A stretch of DNA of 64,000 nt from Trueperaceae bacterium. GTDB lineage: Bacteria; Deinococcota; Deinococci; Deinococcales; Trueperaceae. Location: NCBI GenBank assembly GCA_034520945.1, contig JAXHNB010000006.1, positions 672,001 to 736,000 of the forward strand, in the 5' to 3' direction. The translations under genes and the position numbers were made by a program. Shown in pieces: positions 20,816-31,545 of this stretch (positions are counted from its first letter, which is position 1; every line of letters starts with the position of its first letter). The notes below the pieces were generated by a model. The model saw nothing but the letters and a program-made list of their open reading frames with translations. It made no database searches and was not told the DNA's origin.

Positions 20816-21793
20816 TCAGGATTGCGCTTGCGCCGGCGGACGCCCAGAAAGCGGAAACGTCGCCCCGAACTCGTTCCCTTGCCCGCTGGCGTCATCGCGC
20901 CATGCCCGCGCCCACGCCGTCCCTCCCGCCGCGTCCACGATCGAGCGAACCACGTACAGCCCCAGGCCCCGCCAGCCTGTTCGCGACGCATCGCGTGCGT
21001 GCGGGTCCAACAACGCCTCCAAGCGCTCGGCGGAGAGCGGTTCGCCTTCGTCCCGCACCGCCAGGTACGCTTGGCCGTCCTTCGCGACCACGGCCACCCG
21101 GACGTCCGCATGGTCGGGACCATGCACCGCGGCGTTCTCCAATAGGTTGACCAGCACCTGCAGCACCTTGTCGGGATCGGCCCACACCACGAGGTCGGCC
21201 ACGTCCTGGTGCACCGTGACGCCGTGCTGCTCGAACGTCGGCGCAAGGACCGCGCACGCGCGCGCGACCACCTCGCGGACCGGCACGCTGCGCTCGCGCG
21301 GCGGGGCGACGTCGACCGTGAGGTCGTTCAGGAGGCGCACCAGGCGTTGCGCTTCGCCGTGGGCGCGTTCGAGTAGCTGGGCACGCTCCGCCGCCGGCAG
21401 GTCGTCGTACTCGAGCGCTTCCAGGGTGGAGGTGATGGTGGTGACGGGCGTGCGGAGTTCGTGCGACACCACCGCCAGCATCTCGCGGGCGTCGATCTCC
21501 GCCTGCCGTGCCTCGCTCACGTCCCGCAGCGCCAGGCCGGCCGGGATCGGGACGACGAGCAGGTGCCGGCCCCCCACCTTCAGTTCGGCACGTGCTTGGT
21601 CGTGCCACACGCGTTCGATGCGGTGATCCCGCACGACGGCGATCAACGCCTTGCCGACCGCCCAGCTCGCGTCGACGCCGAGCAGGGCCGCCGCGGCCGC
21701 GTTGACCCGCGCGACGCGGCCGCTCTCGAGCAGAACGACGCCTTCCGCCAGCGCATCGATCCAGGCGTCAGGCGCCCGCGTGGGGATCGACCA
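20816..21793 (-). CDS. phoR: PhoR-like sensor histidine kinase (PAS, no TM helix); start codon unclear
   Basis: SHELRTP H-box, NLLENA N-box and GLGLYVV G-box. Overlaps the phoB end. Confidence 0.82.
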   Translation of the reverse strand, partial: WSIPTRAPDAWIDALAEGVVLLESGRVARVNAAAAALLGVDASWAVGKALIAVVRDHRIERVWHDQARAELKVGGRHLLVVPIPAGLALRDVSEARQAEIDAREMLAVVSHELRTPVTTITSTLEALEYDDLPAAERAQLLERAHGEAQRLVRLLNDLTVDVAPPRERSVPVREVVARACAVLAPTFEQHGVTVHQDVADLVVWADPDKVLQVLVNLLENAAVHGPDHADVRVAVVAKDGQAYLAVRDEGEPLSAERLEALLDPHARDASRTGWRGLGLYVVRSIVDAAGGTAWARAWRDDASGQGNEFGATFPLSGRPPAQAQS

Positions 21794-22478
21794 TCCTGTA
21801 GCCCCGGCCTCGAACCGTCTCGATCCAGCCCTTGCCGATCCGGGCGCGGAGCTGCGCCACGTGCTGATCGACGGTGCGCTCGGTGCCCACGAAGTCCATG
21901 CCCCACGCCCCGTCCAGCAGCGCGGCACGTGCGAACACGCGCCCAGGATGCTCGATCATGTGTGCGAGGAGGTCGAACTCACGGCGCGTGAGGGCGAGTT
22001 CCTCGCCTCCACGAAAGGCGCGTCCCGAGGCCGTGTCGACGACGAGGTCGCCGAGCCGGAACCTGAGCGCGGGCGGGGCGCGCCGAAGCAGCGCCCGCAC
22101 GCGCGCCACCAGTTCCGGGGCGCTGAACGGCTTCACCAGGTAGTCGTCCGCCCCCGCCTCCAGCCCGCCCACGCGGTCGCGTTCGGTGGCGCGGGCCGTC
22201 AACATCAGGACCGGCACCTGACGGTCCTCCGGGTCGGCCCGCATCCAGCGAAGCAGCGCGTCGCCGCTCTGGCCCGGAAGCATGCGATCCAGCACGACCG
22301 CGTCGGCGTGGTCGACCCGCCGCCAGGCCTCCTCGGCGTTCTCCGCTTCCGTGACCCGAAATCCGCCGCGCGTCAGGTGGAGCGATACCAGTCTGCGCAC
22401 CGACGCGTCGTCCTCGACGACCAACACCCGCCCGGGCGTCCCATCGCTGCTGGTCGGGTCGTGGCAAGCATCAGCCAT
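21768..22478 (-). CDS. phoB: PhoB-like OmpR family response regulator
   Basis: VVEDD, LDRMLPG, GADDYLVKPF, RTVDQHV and ETVRGRGY. Next to phoU/pst. Confidence 0.9.
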   Translation of the reverse strand: MADACHDPTSSDGTPGRVLVVEDDASVRRLVSLHLTRGGFRVTEAENAEEAWRRVDHADAVVLDRMLPGQSGDALLRWMRADPEDRQVPVLMLTARATERDRVGGLEAGADDYLVKPFSAPELVARVRALLRRAPPALRFRLGDLVVDTASGRAFRGGEELALTRREFDLLAHMIEHPGRVFARAALLDGAWGMDFVGTERTVDQHVAQLRARIGKGWIETVRGRGYRMVDPHAGA

Positions 22479-22484
22479 GGTGTC

Positions 22485-22515
22485 ATCTTAGCGTCGCTTC
22501 GTCATGGCCGCGTCA
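22485..22515 (-). promoter_or_regulatory. Pho-box-like repeat + -10 of phoB
   Basis: TGACGCGGCCATGAC-N10-TAAGAT-N6-ATG. Confidence 0.75.
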
Positions 22516-22559
22516 GCCGGCGTTCTGCCGCATGCGCGCCCGTGCTAGCGTCGCCTTCG

Positions 22560-23198
22560 ATGACGCCCTTCGAGCAGGATCTCCAAGAGCTCACGGACCA
22601 GACGGTGCGGATGCTGAGCCTGGTCCGCGAGGCGGTCGAGTTGGCGCGGCGTTCGCTGGTGGGCGCGGACCCCGAGGCGGCGGTTCGCGGCCAGCGCGTC
22701 GAAGACGAGATCAACGACCTGCAGGATCAGTTGGAGAGCCGCATTCTCAGCGTGATTGCGCGCCGTCAGCCCGCCGCGCGCGACCTCCGCCTGTTGGGCG
22801 CGACCTACCGGTCGCTGGCGGACATCGAGCGGGCCGGCGATTACGCCTTTCACGTATCCCGCGCCGGCGCCGAGATGGCCAGCGAACCGCCGCTCAAGAA
22901 GTACCTCGACATGGACCGGATCCTGGCGATCGAGATCGCCATGATCGACGAGACCGCGCGAGCATTGGCCGAGAGCGACACGGAGGCGGCACGGCGTGGA
23001 CACGCCATGGACGAGGAGGTGGATCAGCTCTACGAGCAGATCCAGCGCGAGCTCATCACCTACATGATCGAGGATCCACGCACCATCACCAAGGCGACGC
23101 GCCTGTTGGGGGTGGCCCGCCACCTGGAGCGCTTGGGCGACCACCTGGAGAACGTCGACGAGCACATCCTGTTCTGGTTGACCGGACGGCGCGGCTGA
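22560..23198 (+). CDS. phoU: Phosphate signalling protein PhoU
   Basis: RRQPAARDLR, DIERAGDYA, DEEVDQLY and LERLGDH. Confidence 0.95.
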   Translation: MTPFEQDLQELTDQTVRMLSLVREAVELARRSLVGADPEAAVRGQRVEDEINDLQDQLESRILSVIARRQPAARDLRLLGATYRSLADIERAGDYAFHVSRAGAEMASEPPLKKYLDMDRILAIEIAMIDETARALAESDTEAARRGHAMDEEVDQLYEQIQRELITYMIEDPRTITKATRLLGVARHLERLGDHLENVDEHILFWLTGRRG

Positions 23199-23252
23199 CG
23201 CGGTCCCGCGTCGGGCGACCCTCGGGGCGTGCGCAACGGCGTCGCCCTGCTC

Positions 23253-24056
23253 TCAACCGAAGCGGCCCGACACGTAGTGCTCCGTCAGTTCGTGCTTCGG
23301 GTCGGTGAAGATCTGTTCCGTGGGGCCCTCCTCGACCAGCACGCCGAGGTGCATGAAGGCGGTACGGTCGCTGACCCGCCCCGCCTGCTGCATGTTGTGC
23401 GTGACGATGACGACCGTGTAGTCGCGCTTCATGTCGTGGATCAGCCGTTCGATGCGGTCCGTGGCGATCGGGTCCAGCGCCCCGGTCGGCTCGTCCATCA
23501 GGATCACGTCGGGATCGGTGGCCATGGCGCGTGCGATGCACAAGCGCTGTTGCTGACCGCCGGAAAGCCCCAGGCCGGACTGGTGAAGCTTGTCGTGCAC
23601 CTCCTCCCACAGCGCTGCATGGCGCAGCGATCGCTCCACGAGGGACGGCAGCCCGTTGGCATCGCCGTGCAGGCGCGGCCCGAACGCGACGTTGTCGTAG
23701 ATGCTCTTCGGAAACGGGTTGGGATGCTGAAACACCATGCCGATGCGGCGGCGCAGCTCGACCGGATCGACGGTCGGATCGTAGAGGTCCACGCCGTCGT
23801 AGCCGATGCGTCCTTCGACGCGCACGCCGGGCAGCATGTCGTTCATGCGGTTGATGCAGCGCATCAGCGTCGACTTGCCCGATCCCGAGGCGCCGATCAG
23901 CGCGGTCACCTGGTTGCGGGGTACGCCGAGCGCGATCCGGTGCAGCGCCTGAAACCCGCCGTACCAGAGGCTCAGCTCCTCGACGTCCAATACGGCGGAG
24001 TCCGAGGGGACGGGATCCGTGCGTACGGTGACGTGGTCTGGATCGATGCGTTGCAT
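23253..24056 (-). CDS. pstB: Phosphate ABC transporter ATPase
   Basis: [40 protein letters not shown] and VTHNMQQA. Confidence 0.97.
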   Translation of the reverse strand: MQRIDPDHVTVRTDPVPSDSAVLDVEELSLWYGGFQALHRIALGVPRNQVTALIGASGSGKSTLMRCINRMNDMLPGVRVEGRIGYDGVDLYDPTVDPVELRRRIGMVFQHPNPFPKSIYDNVAFGPRLHGDANGLPSLVERSLRHAALWEEVHDKLHQSGLGLSGGQQQRLCIARAMATDPDVILMDEPTGALDPIATDRIERLIHDMKRDYTVVIVTHNMQQAGRVSDRTAFMHLGVLVEEGPTEQIFTDPKHELTEHYVSGRFG

Positions 24057-24061
24057 CTTGC

Positions 24062-25315
24062 TCACGACGTCCTTTCGAAACGGCGCCGCAGCCAGTTGGC
24101 GGTGGCGTAGAGGAGGACCAGCACGACCAGCAACACGAGGATGGCGGCCGAGGCGACGTGTCTGAACTCCGCGTCGTTCTCCGCCACCCAGGAGTAGATC
24201 TGGACGGGCAGGACGGTATACCTGGACAGCGGCCCATCCGGGAGGTACGGCACGAACGCCGCAGCCCCGACCAGCAGCAGCGGCGCTGTCTCGCCGATCG
24301 CGCGCGCGACGGACAGAATCACGCCCGTGACGATCCCGGGCACCGCGTGAGGCAGGACCACCGTCGCGACCGTCTGCCAACGGGTGGCGCCCAGCGCCAG
24401 GCTGGCTTGACGCAGCGAGTCGGGCACGGCGCGCAGCGCCTCACGTGACGCGATCACGACGACCGGGAGGATCAGCAGCGCCAGCGTCAGCGCGGCCGCC
24501 AAGACGGTGGGCCCCACGCCCCACAGGCGGACGAACACGTAGAGGCCCAGGATCCCGTACACGATGCTGGGGACACCGGCGAGGTTGCGGATGTTCAGCT
24601 CCAACGCACGTGTCAGCCGGTTGTCGGGCGCGTACTCCTCCAGGTAGATGGCGGTGCCCACCCCCAACGGCAAAGCCATCACCATCACCAGGCCGATCAC
24701 CCACAGGGTGCCGGCCAGGGCGGTGCGAAGCCCTGCCATGACCGGCGTTCGGGAGGCGTTGCGGGCGAAGAACGAAACGTCGAGCCAGGGGTTGAGGTAG
24801 AGGCGTTCATGTTCGGCCAGTCCCGCCTGGAGGGACGTCAGGTCGCGCAGGCCGGCCAGGAGGCCATGGTCGGCCACCCGCCGGTCGCGTGCGTTCGTGA
24901 CGACCCAACGAAACGGCCCTTCGTCCGTGAGCCACATCAGCTCGACGCGGTTCCGCGCCCGCCACATGCGCAGCTCCGAAGCGTCGCCAAGGAGCGTGTC
25001 GATCTCCGTGGAGGTCGCCCCCTGGGCGGCCAGCTCCAAACGGATCACGCCCTCACCCCCCAGAGGTGCGCGCCACCACGCGAACGCATGGCCGCTGTTG
25101 GCCGGCTCCACCACCTGCCAGGAGACGACGTCACCGGTGACGTCGAGCAGCAGCACTCCGACGAACGCGATCGCCAGCACCACCGGCACCAAGGTCACCG
25201 CGGCGAAGCCCCGGGCGATCCATTGCCTGCGCGCCGTGCCGGCGCGTCGACCGATCAGCCCGGTGCGCGTGCGGCTCCGGCCTGTCCGCGCGTCCCCGGC
25301 CAGGTCGCCGGTCAC
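24062..25315 (-). CDS. pstA: Phosphate ABC transporter permease (with long extracytoplasmic insert)
   Basis: [19 protein letters not shown] and [10 protein letters not shown]. Confidence 0.95.
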   Translation of the reverse strand: MTGDLAGDARTGRSRTRTGLIGRRAGTARRQWIARGFAAVTLVPVVLAIAFVGVLLLDVTGDVVSWQVVEPANSGHAFAWWRAPLGGEGVIRLELAAQGATSTEIDTLLGDASELRMWRARNRVELMWLTDEGPFRWVVTNARDRRVADHGLLAGLRDLTSLQAGLAEHERLYLNPWLDVSFFARNASRTPVMAGLRTALAGTLWVIGLVMVMALPLGVGTAIYLEEYAPDNRLTRALELNIRNLAGVPSIVYGILGLYVFVRLWGVGPTVLAAALTLALLILPVVVIASREALRAVPDSLRQASLALGATRWQTVATVVLPHAVPGIVTGVILSVARAIGETAPLLLVGAAAFVPYLPDGPLSRYTVLPVQIYSWVAENDAEFRHVASAAILVLLVVLVLLYATANWLRRRFERTS

Positions 25316-26274
25316 GCGTACGCCTCGCGGAAGCGTCGCACGATCGCCTGCGCGGTCAGGTTGAGGGCCAGCGTCATCACGAACAGCGTGGATGCGACGG
25401 CGTAGAGAGAGCGCGCGGCAACGGACCCTGCGGGTTGGTCTCCGGTCGCCGCTTGAACCACGAACGACGTCATGGTGGCGATGGTCTTGCGCGGGTCGAA
25501 GTGCAGGTCGGGTCGCTGCCCGGCTGCCAACGTGACGATCATCGTTTCGCCGATGGCGCGCGACACGGCCAGGATCAGCGACGCCACGATGCCTGAGAGG
25601 GCCGCAGGGATCACGACCCGCAACACCAACTGGTGCTTGGCCGCCCCCAAGCCGTAGGCGGCCTCGCGCAGAGAACGCGGGACGGCCTGCATCGCGTCGA
25701 CGGACACGCTGCAGATGGTCGGCAGGATCATGAAGCCCATCACGATGCCTGCCGACAAGGGGTTGAACAGGTCGACGCCCGAGATGACGTCGCGAAGCAA
25801 CGGCGTGACGAACAGCAGCGCGAAGTAGCCGAGGACGACCGTCGGAATGCCCGCCAGCAATTCGATCACCGGCAGGATGCGGCGCCTCTGGCGCACGTCG
25901 GCGAATTCGGACAGGTAGCACGCCGCGCCCAGGCCCAGCGGTGCGCCCACCGCCACGGCGATCGTCGTGACCAGCAGCGTTCCGCTGACCAGCGGCGCGA
26001 TGCCGAAGTTGCGGTCCAGGAACAAGGGCGTCCACTCGGGATTGGTGAAGAACTCGACGATCGATACCTCCCGGAAGAAGCCCAGCGTTTCTACGCTCAA
26101 GACGAGCACCACCGCGAGCGTGGTGACGATCGACACCAGCGCGCACGCGAAGAGGAGACCTGCGATCAGCGACTCGCCGATCCTTCGCCGCCCGCGCCGG
26201 CGCAAGCTCTGGGTCTGCAGCCTGGAACCGTGGCGAATCTGCGACTTCATGCGTTCATCCCCGATCGTTGTCAT
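25312..26274 (-). CDS. pstC: Phosphate ABC transporter permease
   Basis: ELLAGIPTVVLG and SRAIGETMIV. Confidence 0.96.
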   Translation of the reverse strand: MTTIGDERMKSQIRHGSRLQTQSLRRRGRRRIGESLIAGLLFACALVSIVTTLAVVLVLSVETLGFFREVSIVEFFTNPEWTPLFLDRNFGIAPLVSGTLLVTTIAVAVGAPLGLGAACYLSEFADVRQRRRILPVIELLAGIPTVVLGYFALLFVTPLLRDVISGVDLFNPLSAGIVMGFMILPTICSVSVDAMQAVPRSLREAAYGLGAAKHQLVLRVVIPAALSGIVASLILAVSRAIGETMIVTLAAGQRPDLHFDPRKTIATMTSFVVQAATGDQPAGSVAARSLYAVASTLFVMTLALNLTAQAIVRRFREAYA

Positions 26275-26279
26275 GGAGG

Positions 26280-26310
26280 GTGCTCCCCGTCGTCACAGGA
26301 CGGGGAGCAC
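26280..26310 (-). terminator. Stem-loop between pstS and pstC
   Basis: GTGCTCCCCGTC...GACGGGGAGCAC inverted repeat. Confidence 0.6.
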
Positions 26311-26345
26311 GCGGCGGTCGTGGCCGGCTCGGGCGTTGGGGGGCG

Positions 26346-27329
26346 CTACTCGTCGCCCGCCTGCTGGACGGCGTCGAGGACGCTGTCGCCCGGCTCGAAG
26401 GTCGCGAAGGAGGTGCCGGTCGTCCGGGCCGACAGCCGGTCGGCGGCCGCGTCGTAGATCTCGCGGGGGTAGGCGAGGTACCCCGTGTCGGCCACGAGGG
26501 GCTCCGCGTCGGGGGAGATGGCGAACTCCGCGAACGTGCGGAGCGTGTCGTTGCTGCTGAGGCGGTCGGCGTTGAAGTACAGGAACAGGGGGCGCGACAA
26601 GGGGGTGTAGGTGTTCGCGGCGATCGTCTCGGGGCTGGGCTCGATGCAGCCGCTGCCGCCGTCGATTGCCACCAGCGACAGGCGGTCGGTGTTCTCGGCG
26701 TAGTAGGCGTACCCGAAGAATCCCATGGCGTTCTCGTCTCCGGACACGCCTTGGACCAACACGTTGTCGTCTTCGCTGGGGAAGAAGTCGGTGCGGACGG
26801 CACCGCTCTCGCCGTTCACGGCCTCGGTGAAGTAGTCGAACGTGCCGGAGTCCGTGCCCGCGCCGTAGAGCACGATATCCTCAGCCGGCCACTCGGCACG
26901 CACGTCCTGCCACTGGCTGACGTCCGAGTCGGGCCGCCAGATGGCATGGAGTTCCGCCACGCTCAGGCACTGCACGAAATCGTTGTCGGGATGCACCACG
27001 ACCGACAGCCCGTCCGCCGCGATGGGCAGCTCGACGAACGGCACGTCGTTCTGGGCGCACGCCTCGACCTCGCTGGCCTTGATCGGCCGGCTGGCGCCGC
27101 TCACGTCGGTCTCTCCCCGGCAGAACTTCTCGAAGCCCGCGCCGGTCCCGGAGAACGCGACCGTGAGTCGTGCGTCCGGGTGCATGATCTGGAACTCCTC
27201 GCTCAGGGCGAGGCTGATGGGGTAGACGGTGGACGAGCCGTCGATGCGGACGTCCTGGGCCAATGCGAGCGATACCATCGTGACGAGAACGACGAGTGCG
27301 AGGGCGAGGGCGTTGGATGAACGGGTCAT
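26346..27329 (-). CDS. pstS: Phosphate-binding protein
   Basis: IDGSSTVYP, SGTGAGFEKFC, DSGTFDYF and YTPLSRPLF. Confidence 0.97.
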   Translation of the reverse strand: MTRSSNALALALVVLVTMVSLALAQDVRIDGSSTVYPISLALSEEFQIMHPDARLTVAFSGTGAGFEKFCRGETDVSGASRPIKASEVEACAQNDVPFVELPIAADGLSVVVHPDNDFVQCLSVAELHAIWRPDSDVSQWQDVRAEWPAEDIVLYGAGTDSGTFDYFTEAVNGESGAVRTDFFPSEDDNVLVQGVSGDENAMGFFGYAYYAENTDRLSLVAIDGGSGCIEPSPETIAANTYTPLSRPLFLYFNADRLSSNDTLRTFAEFAISPDAEPLVADTGYLAYPREIYDAAADRLSARTTGTSFATFEPGDSVLDAVQQAGDE

Positions 27330-27348
27330 TCGGATCACCTCCGCCGTC

Positions 27349-27379
27349 AACCTAAGGCGCTTCTGTCATGGCAGCGTCA
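27349..27379 (-). promoter_or_regulatory. Pho-box-like repeat + -10 of pstS
   Basis: TGACGCTGCCATGAC-N10-TAGGTT, then GGAGGT RBS. Confidence 0.78.
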
Positions 27380-27466
27380 CCGGCTGGCCGATTCATGACG
27401 CGGTCGCACGGGCCTGCGTCCGAATCCTGACGGAACGCCGGCGTGGATCGGGGGATCCTCTCCGGC

Positions 27467-28129
27467 ATGATCGATCGCGGCCTGCGTCCACTCAAGAGCT
27501 ACGCCCTGGGCCCGGCTACCTCCGCCCTCGCGCCGCGTCTCGCCCGTTGGGGCGCCATGCCGGTCACCGCGCTCGGGCTCGGGGTTGGCCTCGCCGCCGC
27601 GGTCGCCGGGGCCGCAGGCGCGTTCGGGCCGGCCCTGTGGCTGTGGTGGGGCAACCGCCTTCTGGACGGGCTGGATGGTGAAGTGGCGCGCCGGCTCGGC
27701 CGCGCGGACGATCGCGGGGGCTACGTCGACCTGATCGCCGATCTCGTCGTGTACGCCCTGGTGCCGATCGGTGCCGCGGTCGGCGCCACGGCGCCCTGGT
27801 CCCTGCACGGTGCCACCCCCGACCCGTGGACGTGGCCCGCGGCTGCAGCCCTTCTCGGCGCCTACTACGTCAACCTCGGCAGCCACGCGTACCTGGCCGC
27901 CCTCCTGGAGAAGCGGGGCCGTGGTGCGGCCATGCGGCCGGACGTGACGTCGTTCGCGATGCCCGGCGGTCTGGTGGAGGGGTTCGAGACGATCGTGCTG
28001 GTGTCGCTGATGCTCGCCGTCCCAGCGCTGCTGCCGTGGTGGTTCGGTCTTGCCGCCGTCCTGGTCGCCGTGACGGCCGGCCAACGGGTCTGGTGGACCG
28101 TGCGGACGCTGGCACGCGAGGCGATGTGA
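27467..28129 (+). CDS. CDP-alcohol phosphatidyltransferase family protein (YnjF-like)
   Basis: NRLLDGLDGEVAR...DRGGYVDLIAD and GLVEGFET. Confidence 0.9.
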   Translation: MIDRGLRPLKSYALGPATSALAPRLARWGAMPVTALGLGVGLAAAVAGAAGAFGPALWLWWGNRLLDGLDGEVARRLGRADDRGGYVDLIADLVVYALVPIGAAVGATAPWSLHGATPDPWTWPAAAALLGAYYVNLGSHAYLAALLEKRGRGAAMRPDVTSFAMPGGLVEGFETIVLVSLMLAVPALLPWWFGLAAVLVAVTAGQRVWWTVRTLAREAM

Positions 28130-28941
28130 GGCGGGACGTCGTTTCGTCCGGCTCGCGACGTGGCGCCGGCGCCGTGGGGGGTGCGCATCGCCGGCTCCGC
28201 TGGGCTGGGTTGGTCCTATGGGCGGCCGGCTTGGCGGCGTACCTCACCACGGTGGCCACGACCGACCACGGGCCCGTGGACCTGTTGATCGCCACGGGTG
28301 CGTTCTTGGGCCAGCACCCCTTGGGTCCCATCGCGTACCTGGGGGCGTACGCCCTTCGGCCGCTGCTCTTGGTATCAGCCACCCTCCTGACGGTGTCGGC
28401 CGGCATCCTGTACGGCCCGGTGCTGGGGACCTTGCTCGCGATCGTTGCCGCCAACCTGAGCGCGTGGGTGGCCTACACGCTGGCGCGCGTGCTGGGCGCC
28501 GAACTGGCCGAGCCCGCGCTGGCGCATCCGAGGCTGGCGGGGGTCACCGGACGCCTGCGGACGCACACCTTCGAAACCGTGCTGACGTTGCGGTTCCTGT
28601 TCGTGCCGTACGACGCGGTCAACTACCTGGCTGGCGCGACGCGCCTGCGGCCGCTGCCGTTCGCAGCCGCCACGGCGGTCGGGTCGCTGCCTGCCACCGC
28701 CATGTTCGTGCTGTTCGGCGCGGGCCTCGGCGACCTCTCGGCGCTCGGTTCGGGCCGCCTTCCCGCCGCCGACCCGCGCTTGCTCGCCGTCAGCGCCGCG
28801 CTGTTCGTCGTGAGCCTGGCGGTCGCGCGCGGGCTTCGCCGACGTGCGGTGGGTTCTCACGCCACGACGGCCAGCGTGGCGCACGTGGAAGGCGCGGCGC
28901 ACCCGAGCGGCCCCGTACGCGCGCAAGGGAAGATCCGGTGA
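28126..28941 (+). CDS. TVP38/TMEM64 (VTT/DedA) membrane protein
   Basis: YALRPLL, LRFLFVPYDAVNYLAG and ATAVGSLP. Confidence 0.88.
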   Translation: MRRDVVSSGSRRGAGAVGGAHRRLRWAGLVLWAAGLAAYLTTVATTDHGPVDLLIATGAFLGQHPLGPIAYLGAYALRPLLLVSATLLTVSAGILYGPVLGTLLAIVAANLSAWVAYTLARVLGAELAEPALAHPRLAGVTGRLRTHTFETVLTLRFLFVPYDAVNYLAGATRLRPLPFAAATAVGSLPATAMFVLFGAGLGDLSALGSGRLPAADPRLLAVSAALFVVSLAVARGLRRRAVGSHATTASVAHVEGAAHPSGPVRAQGKIR

Positions 28942-30402
28942 CCCGGCAGGTGGCGCGGTTCGATGCGGTGGTCCTGGGCGCGGGCGCTGGTGGATTGACC
29001 GTGGCGGTGGGGCTCTCCCGGCTGGGGAAGCGCGTCGCGCTGGTCGAGGCCGACCGGGTGGGCGGGGACTGCACGAACGTGGGGTGCATCCCCTCGAAGA
29101 CCCTGATCGAGTTGGCCCGCGGGGTGGCCGAGCTTCCGCCGGATCAGCGCGTGGAGGCGGCCCGCCAAGCATTCGCGGCGGCCCGCCGGCAACGCGACGC
29201 CGTCCGGGCGCACGAGGAAGGCTGGTTGGCGGAAGACCCGCGGAATCGAGATCGTTCGAGGGTGGGGCCGGCTCACCTCCGCCCGCCGTGGTCGCGTCGA
29301 CGTGGAGGTCACGAGCGCAGACGGCGGCACGCGGTCGCTACAGGCCCCCCGCGTGGTCCTGGCGACCGGCTCGCAGGCGCTGGTGCCGTCCCTGCCCGGC
29401 CTGGACGACACCGATGGGCCCGAGGCGACGGTCCTCACGAACGCCACGCTGTTCGACCTGGCGTCGCCGCCGCGGCACCTGGTGATCATGGGCGCGGGCG
29501 TGATCGGCAGCGAGATGGCGTTCGCGTTCGCCCGACTCGGCAGCCGCGTCACGCTCGTGGAAATGGCGGACCGAGTGCTGCCGGCCTCGGAGGCGTCGGC
29601 TTCGGAGATGGTCGGCGCACGCCTCGAGGCGGCCGGTGTTCGTGTCGTCACCGGCGCGCAGGTGACGAGCGTCGACCCGAGCGCGGGCGCCGTGCGCGTG
29701 AAGGCGGCCCAGGAGGGGGCAGCGTCGCCGCCTGCGCTGGAGGCAGCCGATCGCGTGCTGGTGGCGGTGGGCCGCCGGCCGGCCTCGCGCGGGTTGGGAC
29801 TCGAGGACGTCGGCGTCGAGGTCGACAGACGCGGCGCCGTGCCGGTGGACCGCGCCTACCGCACGAGGGCGCCCGGCGTGCACGCGATCGGCGACCTGAT
29901 CGGCGGCGCGTTCACGCACGCCGCGCACGAGCAGGGGCGGCGGCTGGTGCGCTACCTGAGCGTTCCCGTGCCGCTCCTTCCGGAACGCGACCACCCGTCG
30001 GTCTCGTTCACCGAGCCGGAGGTCGGCCAGATCGGCCCCACCCTCGCCGAACTGCAGCGCCGCTGGCCGGAACGATTGCTGTCGGTGCACCGGGTGGCGT
30101 TGGCGGACACCGACCGGGGCGGCACGATGGGCCTGTCCGACGGGTTCGTGCAGCTCGTCGCGCTGCGCGGGAGTGGGCGCCTCCTCGCTGCGACCGTGGT
30201 CGCGCCCGGCGCGGCGGAGATGATGCCGTTGCTGGTGTCGGCGCAACACCGAGGTACCTCGCTGTGGCGCCTCTCCCGCCTGGAGGTGGCCTACCCGGCG
30301 CTGTCCCAAGCCGTTCGCCAGGCCGCGGACGACTTCGTGTTCTCGAGCTTGCCGCGCCTGCATCTCGAGATCGGCGCCTACGCTCGTTGGCGTTGGGCGT
30401 GA
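28938..30402 (+). CDS. Flavin-disulfide oxidoreductase (Lpd/MerA-like), apparent frameshift near 29240-29300
   Basis: VLGAGAGG, GGDCTNVGCIPSK, MGAGVIGSE, AIGD and FTEPE. Confidence 0.85.
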
Positions 30403-30537
30403 GGGCCCGCGGACCTACCTCCGTACCTTCTGGCACGCGCAGGTGGCCTCCGCTACGACGCCATCGCAGGGCTCGACCACGTTCGTGGCATCGACGCAAT
30501 CGTGGAACACGGTCGCGACGGCCGCGCAGGACGTAAG

Positions 30538-31545
30538 ATGACCGCCGTGCCCCCCGCGCCTACCCAAGACGAACCGACCGAGCACGACGCACCTCCCGCC
30601 CTTCGTTCGACCGGCCTCTCCAAACGCTACGGCGCCACGCATGCCCTGGTGGACCTCGACCTGGAGGTGGCCCGCGGCGAGATCTTCGGCTTTCTCGGCC
30701 CCAACGGCGCCGGCAAGTCCACCTTCATCCGCCTGCTGCTGGGCTTCCTGCACGCCTCGGCCGGAAGTGCCCGCGTGCTGGGCCACGACGTCGCGACCGA
30801 GAGCGTCGCCATCCGCCGGCGCGTGGGGTACCTGCCCAGCGGCGCGTCGCTGTACGGCGAGATGACCGGCCGGCGGGTGCTGGACTACCTCGCCTCGTTG
30901 CAAGGCCGGCCGCCGGTGCGCCGCGCCGAGGCGTGCGACCGGCTCCGCCTGACGGCCGACGTGCTGGCGAAGCCGGTGCGGACGTACTCGCACGGCATGC
31001 GGCAGAAGCTGGGGCTGGTGCAGGCGCTGCAGCACGACCCGGAACTGTTGATCCTGGACGAGCCCAGCGAGGGCTTGGATCCGTTCATGCAGCAGGCGCT
31101 CTACGGGCTGCTGGAGGACCTGCGCCGCGAGGGCCGCACGGTGTTCTTCAGCAGCCACGTGCTCTCCGAGGTGGAGCGCGTCTGCGACCGCGTGGCGATC
31201 GTGCGCGCCGGTCGGTTGATGACGGTGCAGGACCTGCCTACGCTGCGCGCCCGCCGGCGGCGGCGTGCCATCGTTCGCCTGCGCGGCCCGGCGCCGGACC
31301 TGCGCGAGGTGCCCGGGGTGGAGGCCGTCGAGGTCGACGGCGCGCGCATGATCGTGACGCTGTCGGGCGCCGTGCAGCCGTTCGTGCGGGCCATGGCCGA
31401 CACCGAACTCGACGACCTCACCATCGAGCCGGCGCGGCTGGAGGAGGCGTTCTTCGAGTACTACGCCGGCGGCGACGAGACGGCTCCGGGCGACGAAGCG
31501 TCGCCGCAGCCCGCGGCTGCGGCGCAGGGGAGCGCACCTCGATGA
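30538..31545 (+). CDS. ABC-2 type transporter ATP-binding protein
   Basis: GPNGAGKST, YSHGMRQK, ILDEP and SSHVLSEVE. Confidence 0.95.
   Translation: MTAVPPAPTQDEPTEHDAPPALRSTGLSKRYGATHALVDLDLEVARGEIFGFLGPNGAGKSTFIRLLLGFLHASAGSARVLGHDVATESVAIRRRVGYLPSGASLYGEMTGRRVLDYLASLQGRPPVRRAEACDRLRLTADVLAKPVRTYSHGMRQKLGLVQALQHDPELLILDEPSEGLDPFMQQALYGLLEDLRREGRTVFFSSHVLSEVERVCDRVAIVRAGRLMTVQDLPTLRARRRRRAIVRLRGPAPDLREVPGVEAVEVDGARMIVTLSGAVQPFVRAMADTELDDLTIEPARLEEAFFEYYAGGDETAPGDEASPQPAAAAQGSAPR

Noticed and set aside
28938..30402. Mercuric reductase MerA
   Set aside because: No C-terminal Cys-Cys, no NmerA domain and no mer genes nearby.
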